Source: Takakia lepidozioides
Taxonomy: Eukaryota > Plantae > Bryophyta
NCBI GenBank assembly: GCA_030704615.1
Contig: CM060733.1
Span: 41,478,001-41,542,000 of the forward strand
DNA length: 64,000 nt
Direction of reading: 5' to 3'
The notes beneath the pieces were generated by a model. It worked only from the letters and a program-made list of their open reading frames with translations. It did no database searches and was not told the origin of the DNA. Numbering within the stretch: position 1 is the first letter of the stretch; each line of letters opens with the position of its first letter. The position numbers and the translations under genes are program-made. Positions 1 to 9,979 of the stretch are shown one piece after another.

Positions 1-67
1 CCCCTCATGACAGGTAATTCGGCGCCATTTTTCCAGTGCATGTTCGGACTTAGCCAGTTTTCGGCGC
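1..67. repeat. Fragment of the same palindromic repeat family as 2.8-7.2 kb
   Basis: caggtaattcggcgccatttttccagt...gacttagccagttttcggcgcc matches the modules at 4130-7160 and abuts the truncated end of the transposase. Confidence 0.75.
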
Positions 68-1794
68 CCGTACACCCTTCGGATGGCAGCCCAATTTGCT
101 TGTGCGTTGTCCGCCATGAAACCACGGAAATTGGGAGGGGGCAATCCCGCCTTGGCCATCTGTTTGTTTATTCCCTGCCAAAGAAGCATCTCCGATTGTG
201 TGTCCTCTCCTTTCATCTCACAAATAGCAATTGTCATTAGCATCCTGCAGTGGGTGTCGTAGACATGTGCACCCATTGTCACCCACTGGTGATTTGTAAT
301 TCGCTTGATATGGTCGAACATGACCCAACTGTTTGACAAGTTCCCACTCGTCATCCTGTCGACCAGTTCGACGCCGCTGCCAGGTCCACACGTGGACATT
401 TTGAATACGAAACAACGATCTGCCTCAGTCCCTTGTCCTGGAAACCTACTTCCATGAATGTAGTCATATCCACATCGTCGCTTCACCTCCAGAATGGAGT
501 GCATATCCGAGCCACGCCCAATTTTCTGTTTGCATGAGACAATGTGGTTTCGGACATTCGGTGAACATACGTGGGACACCGACTCCAGCAATGCCTCCAT
601 TTCCTTCTCGTCGAGAGGAACTCTATCGGAGCCGTCTTCCGACATAATTCTAGCCAATGCCATCTTATGGGCGGCTTGGAGCTGTATCTATTTGGGTTTG
701 GCACCCGGTCTCAACTTAACCTCCTCCTGAACGAGCTGCTCTGCTTTGTGGGCAGCCTCCCGCGAGTTCCCCCTCGCCAATTTGTGACAATGGGAACCAA
801 CGTGTATGCAAGCTCGGGTGAGGTCAGGGAAACGGTGCAACACATAGAACTGCTTGGCATTACAAACAGACATGTAGTGTGGTGGTTCTTTGCAATGTGC
901 ACACTTAAATGTGGAGTTCGGAACCTTCTCCTGAGCTCGAAATGGTTGATGAGCTGTGCCTGTCCAATCGGTCTCGTTCCTGTGACCTCTGGATTTAAAG
1001 TGGAAGCAAGTTGGGGAGAAACACCGCAACGCGCCCGCACAAACAACGTAGCGCACCCGCACACAATCGAGCATCTTCATGTTGGTGGTTTTGGTAACGC
1101 ACCAAGGATGACCGTCATGTTTTCTATCCATATCTGTCAACATTCCGGACGCCCTCGAGTAGTCCGCCCGAGGAGGGAACTCAAAGAAGATATTACCGTC
1201 GACGTCGGCGGGAAGGCATGTAACCGATTTAATTGCAAACTTGCTGTAGTCCAGCCCGGCCAGCTCCGACCGGTGTCCCTCCAGGTGAAGCCCTCGCAGA
1301 ATTTCAAGAATAGATCGAACTGCGGTGCTCGTGCTGGGAATATGACTCCCTCCTCCACTGACGTCCATTGAGGACTTGCCTGATCTCCAGGACGACCTCG
1401 GAACTTCCATGACCTCATCTGAGTCGGACAGGTTGTGAACAACCCGGTTCTCGCTCGTCTTCATGGATGGGTTCGGCTCTGGATTTATTTCGTTGCGGAC
1501 TTCTCTATTTGAGGTAGCCACTCTCTGATTCGCGGATTGTTTCGTGGAAGGCGCCAGGATAGAAGGTGCATTTGGCGGGCAAATGAAGTCCCCAACAGCC
1601 ATGTATATGACGCTGTCCGATGGTGGAACTCGCCATTCCCTGCCATCGCCGAAATCATCGTGGAGCACAACAATACTCTCGACAACAAGGCCGTTTGAGT
1701 CCTTCCTTCCTCCTCCAAAAAAACCGACCCCGGTTTCACGTGGTATCGAACGCACAGATGTTTCTCCATCACCCGGCAGATGTCCCCTCTGCAC
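68..1794 (-). pseudogene. Mutator/MULE-type DDE transposase with N-terminal GCM/WRKY-like zinc finger; one in-frame stop, C-terminally truncated
   Basis: ORF 688..1794 has DGHPW..TKTTN..CAGALRC..C..CAHC..C..GSHCH. Manual read-through of the TAG at 688-690 gives ...WVMFDHIKRI...HVYD...TIAICEMKGED...LW...NFRGFMADNAQANWAAIRRVYG, i.e. the two catalytic Asp motifs of a MULE domain. The frame runs into repeat sequence at ~67, before the CxxH and Glu motifs. Confidence 0.75.
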
Positions 1795-2079
1795 GGAAAT
1801 GAAGCTCTATGCTCGTGAGGAGGGCAGTACACTGTAGCGCTCGGGTTCTCCGCCATGGGAGATGTGCACACAGACTGCCAGGATGGCGTGCGGGGAAGCT
1901 CCCTGGTAGAAGGGGGATGCAGCGATGGGAAGGAACGCGGTGCCGATTTGTCCAAGCGACGAAGCCTGATCCAAATCCTGGGAGCCAACTATCTCAAAAA
2001 TCCAGAGTCAGAGTGTTAATGAACCTTGTCACCGGAATGCGGCCCTGGTCTTTGCGCAATAACTGCCAACGGTATGCAG

Positions 2080-2790
2080 TCAGAAAGTGGGGGGCCGTCC
2101 GGATGATGACGGCTGAAGGGGAGAAGCCGGCACCGTGCCGTCACATTACTACCCCCGAATGGAAATTCGGCACCCAATATCCAACTGGGGAAGCCCGGAT
2201 GAAGTTGCCTCGGGCGCAGAGTCCGGCGCGTGTGCGACAGAGAACATCCCCTGGATGGAGATTCGGCGCCGAATTTCCATCCGGGCCCCCCCAAAGGAAG
2301 TCGTGTCGGGGGGTCAGGCCGAAAACTGGCCGGCATAAAAACATCCCCAGATGGAAAAACGGCGCCGAATTTCCATCCGGGGCGGTTCGGATGCACTCGG
2401 GGAGGGGGGAGAGGCCGGCACTTGGCCGTCACATTTCAACCCCCGGACGGAAATTCGGCACCGAATATCGAACAGGGGACGCCCGGATGAAGTCGCCTCG
2501 GGCGTAGAGGTCGGCACGTGTTCGACAGAGAGCATCCCCTGGATGGAGATTCGGCGCCGAATTTCCATCCGGGCCCTCCCAAAGGAAGTCGTGTCGGGGG
2601 GTCAAACCGAAAACTGGCCGACATAAAAACCTCCCCAGATGGGAAAACGGCGCCGAATTTCAATCTGGGGCCGTTCCAATGCAGTCGGGGAGGGGGGAGA
2701 GGTCGGCACCTGGCCGTCATATTTCAACCCCCGGACGGAAATTCGGCACCGAATATCCAACAGAGCGGCGGAGAGGCCGGCACCTCTCCG
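2080..2790. repeat. ~288-bp tandem repeat (~2.3 copies), probably subterminal repeat of the MULE
   Basis: ga(a/g)g(c/t)cggcac..gccgtca recurs at ~2123, 2411 and 2699; each unit carries several degenerate copies of the ggatggaaattcggcgccgaatttccatcc palindrome. Confidence 0.85.
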
Positions 2791-2799
2791 ACAGAGACC

Positions 2800-4130
2800 A
2801 TCCCCCGGATGGAAATTCGGCGCCAAATTTCCATCCCGCAGGTAAGTGCAATCCCGGATGGATGGAAATCCGGCGCCGAATTTCCATCCTGCAGGTAATT
2901 CGAATCCCGGATGGATGGAAATTCGGCGCCGAATTTCCATCCACCAGGTAAGTGGAATCCCGGATGGACGGAAATCCGGCGCCGCATTTCCATCCTGCAG
3001 GTAATTCGAATCCCCGATGGATGCAAATTCGGCGCCGAATTTCCATCCTGCAGGTAATTCGAATCCCGGATGGATGCAAATTCGGCGCCGAATTTCCATC
3101 CTGCAGGTAATTCGAATCCCGGATGCATGGAAATTCGGCGCCGAATTTCCATCCAGCAGGTAAGTGGAATCCCGGATGGATGGAAATCCGGCGGCGAATT
3201 TCCGTCCTGTAGGTAATCCGAAACCCCGATGGATGGAAATCCGGCGCCGAATTTCCATTCCGCAGGTAAGTCGGATCGCTGGCGTATGGATATTCGGCGC
3301 CGAATTTCCATTCACCAGGTATTTCATGGCTCAGAATTACCTTCCTGCAGGTAATTCTGATCTAAGAATTACCTTCCTGCAGGTAATTCTGATCGATGAA
3401 GGTAGGAAGGTAATTCCTCGCTCAGAATTACCTGCACGAAAGTAATCCAACGATCAGAATTACCTGCAGGAAGGTAATTCTGAGCGATGAAATACCTGGT
3501 GAATGGAAATTTGGCGCCGGATTTCCATCCATCGGGGTTTCGAATTACCTGCAGGATGGAAAATCGGCACCGGATTTCCATCCATCCGGGATTCCACTTA
3601 CCTGCTGGATGGAAATTCGGCCCCGAATTTCCATCCATCCGGGATTCGAATTACCTGCAGGATGGAAATTCGGCGCCGGATTTCCATCCATCCGGGATTC
3701 CACTTACCTGGTGGATGGAAATTCGGCGCCGGATTTCCATCCATCCGGGATTCCACGTACCTGCTGGATGGAAATTCGGCGCCGGATTTCCATCCATCCG
3801 GGATTCCACGTACCTGCTGGATGGAAATTCGGCACCGGATTTCCATCCATCCGCTTCGGAATTACCTGCGTGAGGGAAATTTCGCGCGCCGCCCTACCTG
3901 CGCGGATGGAAATCCGGCGCCGGATTTCCATCCATCCGCTTCCGAATTACCTGCATGAGGGAAATTTGGCGCGCCGCCCTACCGAATTTGCAGCGCCGAC
4001 TTACCTGGAGGATGGAAATCCGGCGCCGGATTTCCATCCATCCGCTCTTCGAATTACCTGCATGACAGAAATTTTACGCGCCGACTTTTTGGCGGATGGA
4101 AATCCGGCGCCGGATTTCCATCCATCCGCT
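2800..4130. repeat. Foldback array of ~53-bp units built on a 30-bp palindrome, with a global inversion centre at ~3400
   Basis: GGATGGAAAT(T/C)CGGCGCCG(A/G)ATTTCCATCC every ~52-53 bp; 3301-3362 is the near-exact reverse complement of ~3452-3512, and the unit linkers switch orientation across the centre. Confidence 0.92.
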
Positions 4131-6027
4131 CTTCGAATTACCTGCATGACTGGAAAAATGGCGCCGAATTTCCGATTTTGGTGCCAGTCAGATCTCGGAC
4201 TTATCCATTTCCGGCCCCGAACAAGAAAAACGGCGCCGAAAAAAAAAAAAAAAAAAAAAAAAAAACGCCATTTTTTTCATTTCGGGACCGAAAACGGCTA
4301 AGTCCCAAATCTGACTGTCACCAAAATCGGAAATTCGGCGCCATTTTTCCAGTCATGGAGGTAATTCGAAGAGCGGATGGATGGAAATCCGGCGCCGGAT
4401 TTCCATCCATCCGCGCTCCGAATTACCTGCATGATGGAAATTTTGCGCGTCGACCTACCTGGCGGATGGAAATCCGGCGCCGGATTTCCATCCATCCGCT
4501 CTTCGAATTACCTGCATGACTGGAAAAATGGCGCCGAATTTCCGATTTTGGTGCCAGTCAGATCTGGGACTTGGCCATTTTCGGCGCCGAACAGGAAAAA
4601 TAGCGCCGAAAAAAAAAACAAAAAAAAAAACGCCATTTTTCCAGTTCGGGGCCGAAAACGGCTATGTTCCAGATCTAACTGGCACCAAAATCGGATATTC
4701 GGCGCCATTTTTCCAGTCATGGAGGTAATTCGAAGAGCGGATGGATGGAAATCCGGAGTCGTATTTCCATCCATTCGCGCTCCGAATTACCTGCATGATG
4801 GAAATTTTGCGGGTCGACCTACCTGGCGGATGGAAATCCGGCGCCGGATTTCCATCCATTCGCTCTTCGAATTACCTGCATAACGGAAATTTTGCGCGCC
4901 GACTTACCTGGCGGATGGAAATCCGGCGCTGGATTTCCATCCATCCGCTCTTCGAATTACCTGCATGACTGGAAAAATGGTGCCGAATTTCCGATTTTGG
5001 TGCCAGTCAGATCTGGGACTTGGCCATTTTCGGCCCCCGAACAGGAAAAATGGCGCCGGAAAAAAAAAAAAAAAAAAAAAAAAAAACCATTTTTCGAGTT
5101 CTTGGCCGAAAACGGCTTAGTCCCAGATCTGAGTGGCACCAAAATCGGAAATTCGGCGCCATTTTTCCAGTCATGGAGGTAATTCGAAGAGCAGATGGAT
5201 GGAAATCCGGCGCCGGATTTCCATCCATCCGCGCTCCGAATTACCTGCATGATGGAATTTTTGCACGCCGACCTACCGGGCGTATGGAAATCCGGCGCCG
5301 GATTTCCATCCATCCGCTCTTCGAATTACCTGCATGACTGGAAAAATGGCGCCGAATTTCCGATTTTTGTGCCAGTCAGATCTGGGACTTGGCCATTTTC
5401 GTCCCCGAACAGGAAAAATGGCGCCGAAAAAAAGAAAAAAAAAGAGAACGACATTTTTTCAGATCGAGGCCGAAAACGGCTAAGTCCCAGATCTGACTAG
5501 CACCCAAAATCGGAAATTCGGCCCTATTTTTCCAGTTATGGGCCTAGTCAGATCTGGGACTTAGCCGTTTTCGGCCCCGAACTGGAAAAATGGCGCCGAA
5601 AAAAAAACAAAAAAAAAGCCATTTTTTCTTGTTTGTAGCCGAAAACGGCTAAGTCCCAGATCTGACTGGCACCAAAGTCGGAATTTCGGCACCATTTTTC
5701 CAGTCATGGAGGTAATTCGAAGAGCGGATGGATGGAAATCCGGCGCCGGATTTCTATATATCCGCGCTCCGAATTACCTGCATGATGGAAATTTTGCGCG
5801 CCGACCTACCCGGCGGATGGAAATTCGGCGCCGGATTTCCATCCATCCGCTCTTCGAATTACCTGCATGACGGAAATTTTCGCGCGCCGATTTTTTGGCG
5901 GATGGAAATCCGGCGCACTCTTCGAATTACCTGCATGACTGGAAAAATGGCGCCGAATTTCCGATTTTGGTGCCAGTCAGCTCTGGGACTTAGCCATTTT
6001 CGGCCCCGAACTGGAAAAATGGCGACG

Positions 6028-6071
<44 letters not shown>

Positions 6072-6923
6072 ACGCCATTTTTCTAGTTCGAGGCCGAAAA
6101 CGGCTAAGTCCCAAATCTGACTAGCACCCAAAATCGGAAATTCGGCGCCATTTTTCCAGGTCTGGGCCCAGTCAGATCTGGGACTTAGCCGTTTTCGGCC
6201 CCGAACTGGAAAAATGGCGCCGAAAAAAAAAAAAAAAAAAAAACCATTTTTCCAGTTTGGGGCCGAAAACGGCTAAGTCCCAGATCTGACTGGCACCAAA
6301 GTCGGAAATTCGGCGCCATTTTTCCAGTCATGGAGGTAATTCGAAGAGCGGATGGATGGAAATCCGGCGCCGGATTTCTATCCATCCGCGCTCCGAATTA
6401 CCTCCATGATGGAAATTTTGCGCGCCGACCTACCTGGCGGATGGAAATCCGGCGCCGGATTTCCATCCATCCGCTCTTCGGAGTACCTGCATGACGGAAA
6501 TTTTGCGCGCCGACTTTTTGGCGGATGGAAATCCGGCGCCGGATTTCCATCCATCCGTGCTCCAAATTACCTGCATAATGGAAATTTTGCGCGCCGACCT
6601 ACCTGGCGGATGAAAATCCGGCGCCGGATTTCCATCCATCCGCTCTTCGAATTACCTGCATGACTGGAAAAATGGCGCCGAATTTCCGATTTTGGTGCCA
6701 GTCAGATCTGGGACTTGGCCATTTTCGGCCCTGAACTGGAGAAATGGCGCCGAAAAAAAAAAAAAAAAAAAAACTCCATTTTTCCAGTTCGATGCCGAAA
6801 ACGGCTGAGTCCCAGATCTGACTAGCACCCAAAATCGGAAATTCGGTGCCATTTTTCCAGTTCTGGGCCCAGTCAGATCTGGGACTTAGCCATTTTCGGC
6901 CCCCGAACTAGAAAAATGGCGCG

Positions 6924-6961
<38 letters not shown>

Positions 6962-7160
6962 GTCATTTTTCTAGTTTGGGCCCCTGTCAGATCTGGGATT
7001 TAGCCATTTTCGGGGCCGAAAATGGCTAAATCCCTAGGGTGGCTGGCACCAAAATCGGAAATTCGGCGCCATTTTTCCAGTCATGCAGGTAATTCGAAGA
7101 GCGGATGGATGGAAATCCGGCGCCGGATTTCCATCCGCCAGGTAGGTCGGCGCGCAAAAT
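4130..7160. repeat. Tandem array of long hairpin modules with poly(A) loops, interleaved with the 30-bp palindrome
   Basis: Nine A-rich tracts (~4239, 4609, 5059, 5426, 5599, 6028, 6223, 6753, 6924), each framed by aaaaatggcgccg...(cg)ccatttt and longer inverted arms (cagatctgggactt / aagtcccagatctg). Confidence 0.92.
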
Positions 7161-7548
7161 TTGGGGGAGAAGATGGGGGAGAAGATGCAGAAGATTCCCA
7201 GGAGGTGAGGTGGACAGTCCCCCAAGAGGACGGGATTTTTGAGAGGCATAGTGGAACTGATGCATCACAAAGCTCGGAGGATGAGGGGGATGAGGGGGAT
7301 GAGGAAGAAGGTGGGGCAAGTTCCTCGGAGGGTGTAGGAGAGTAGTGCCCATTCCGGCTATGACAGTTAGAACACACTTGTATAGACGTGGCTTGCCACA
7401 AAATTTGCAATAAAATGTTGCATTTCAAGTCCACTGGTGCCACATTCCAACTTCACATGACCCTATTTCCGTGCCTCCTAACCCTATTTCCGTGGACTCA
7501 CAATGGTCTGCTCATGTTTTTTTTTTTTTCCGCTCATGCTCATGCCGT

Positions 7549-8976
7549 TCATGAAATAGCAGCCCCCGTAGTAGCAACAGGGTCAGCTACTTGCACATGC
7601 ACTTGTTGTGGTATTGGTACCACTGGCCCTTTTACCACTGACATCTCCTGCACCCCCTGCGAAGAAGACTGAAAAATTAGAGTTCTGGCATGTAAATAAG
7701 TAGTCATCAGCTGCTCCTCAGGAACAAAGACTCTTTTGTCAATATTTGAACTCAGGTCATCCACTTGAGTTTGCAGGCTTTCCACATCCTCCTGTAGCTC
7801 CGCTATTCTACTATAGACATTGTCTATAGTAGTTGTGGCAATGTTCTGCACCTGCAATCTGAGCTCATTCATCTCGCCCTGGGTGAGCTTCCTTGGTGCT
7901 TTGCCTTCTACCGGTCCTTGTGCTAACCAGACCTGCATAAGGTGGTTATCCACCAAGTCCTGTGTGGCACCCCTGAGAGTCTGCTCCTCCGTGAGTCTGT
8001 ACACATCTAACTGCTGCTGTAAAGCCTCCATGCGCTTCGCATGAGGTTCAACCAGACCCGCATAGGCAGCAGCCAGATTATTGGCTTCCTTCCAAGCCTT
8101 GTCAGCCACAGAGAGTTCATTTCTATTGACCATGACTGTTTGTTGCAACTCCAGGATGTACCTCTCCTGGTCAGCCTCAACCTGTTTGTATTGTTGGAAA
8201 GTTTTCTCATTGCGACAGATTGTAGCCTGCAAATCAACAATGAGTTTCCCTTGCTCTATTATCTCAGCTTCTGCCGTCATACATCTCTCCCCTTGTCTTT
8301 TAACTTCTAATGCAGTTTGCTCTAGAGTAGTTGTAAGTATAGCACATTGTATGGTCATCCTCTGATGTACTGCCTCCAACTCTATATGGAGTACATTCAC
8401 TTCTTGCAACTTGCCCTCATGCTTCACCTGTAATTGGTATAACTGTTGCTTATGTGCTTCATACAACTGGTCCTGCTCGAGACCTGCTTCAATCAAATGT
8501 CCCTTAGCCAACTGCAAGGCAACCTTTGCGTCCTCCAGCTCTTGCTATAACTTGAGATTGACCTCCTCATCCACCTTGTTAGCACACTCAGTGGCAATTC
8601 GAGTCTCAAACTCCTTCCTGAGTTCTTCCTTCAAAGCTGCCAATTGGGTAGATGGAACATGGGATTTCACATAAGTGCCCAACAAATTGAGTGTCCTACT
8701 TATGGAACTCGTAAGCATGGCCTGCTGGGGGTCATCATGGTGAACTTGTTGCTGTTCCCCCTGATCTTCCACAATGTAATGCTTCACCAACCATTCAGGC
8801 CATTGCCCCACCAAATCCTCTTCCTGAACCACCTCATCCTCCACAGGTGCTGCAGTGTTCTTAATTCTACCCCTGGTACCTCCGTCACAGGTGTGGGTAT
8901 TACATGCACAGCAGGGATTTCCCTGGATAAACTCTGCACCTCTGGAACCACTGATTCCCTTACCAAGCCAGAGTTT
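7549..8976 (-). pseudogene. Fragment of a second copy of the gypsy accessory coiled-coil ORF
   Basis: ORFs 7549..8517 and 8545..9084 are in one frame, separated by a TAG; closely similar to the ~11075-12475 part of ORF 10349..12622; cut at 8976 by an LTR. Confidence 0.9.
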
Positions 8977-9940
8977 TGTCGAGCGGCTTTTACTCAACCA
9001 TCCCTTCGCTATCCGAGGTGGGAACTCCAAGATAGAAGAGTTGGAAATCTCTAAGCACTCAGTCCGCTCAGAACAATCAGTCATGACCTACAGCTAGTGT
9101 ATCATGGGGGTGTTTTCTATTTGTATTCCTTCCCATATTCATGTTAGCTAGTTACCTTACTGTTGGTATTTAAGTATCAGATTGCTTCAGCAAACTATCG
9201 GATTCCATCAACTCATCCATTCATTCCACAGCTTCACTCAGATCTCTCTACACAATGTGAGTATGAAGTATGTATCAGATTAATATCTATCAAGTATCAG
9301 GCTGAAGCCATGGTGTCTCTAATCTGCTCTACATTACAACTCTACTGCTTGCATTCATCTGGCATCAACAGATCGTTCTCCTCCTACTCCGTGCTCTCCC
9401 TCTTTCTGCTCAGAGATGCGCTCTCCGCTTCATTTCCCAGAAGTGATGCCAGAAGTCATCCCAGAAGCGATCCTCCCCCCAGAAGTGATCTCCATAAGTC
9501 CCCGCTCTTGGCTTTATCTACCTACAAGCTGTTCTAACCGCTTCTCTAACTAACCGTCATCCCTGTAGTACGCGTTCCTTTTGCATATGCCGTTCCCTCA
9601 CAGTTGTTCCCCGCCAATGATAACTGTCCCCCAAGTTGTGCCGAGCCGGGACTGGCTGTGTAAGGCTGTGTCTGGCTGTGTCGACCATGCAAGGCTGTGG
9701 CGGGCTGTGACTGGCTGTGTCGGGCTGTGTCGGCTGTGCGAAGATGTGTCAGGCTGTGTCGGCTGTGATTGGCTGTGCCATGCTGTGTCGGGCTGTGTCG
9801 GGCTGTGTCGGGCTGTGTATCTCCCCCCTAAAGCCTGTTGATGTCACCCCTAAGGCTCCTGTTGGTCCCATTCTATGTAAAAATTAAGGGTACCCCACAG
9901 ATCCCGTAAAAGCTTCTAAGTCCCAAGCAGCCCTCTAACA
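8977..9940 (-). repeat. 3' LTR (964 bp)
   Basis: TG...CA ends; homologous to 17583..18285; adjacent PPT; internal GGCTGTGTC-type tract at ~9645-9817. Confidence 0.92.
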
Positions 9941-9958
9941 TTTACCCCTCCCCCTCTC
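9941..9958 (-). other. Polypurine tract
   Basis: Minus strand GAGAGGGGGAGGGGTAAA immediately before the LTR start TGTTAGAGGG. Confidence 0.88.
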
Positions 9959-9979
9959 AAAAAGCCGTGTCCTCACGGT

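Noticed and set aside
571-1371. 266-aa plus-strand ORF
   Set aside because: Antisense shadow of the transposase; no motifs.
2800-4130. CRISPR-like array (30-bp palindromic repeat with ~23-bp spacers)
   Set aside because: Spacers are two recurring sequences rather than unique, the array inverts, no cas genes are present, and the context is eukaryotic.
1809-7130. Dozens of ORFs with MEIRRRISI/GWKSGAGF/DGNSAPNF and poly-K/F
   Set aside because: Translation artefacts of the stop-poor palindromic repeat in all six frames.
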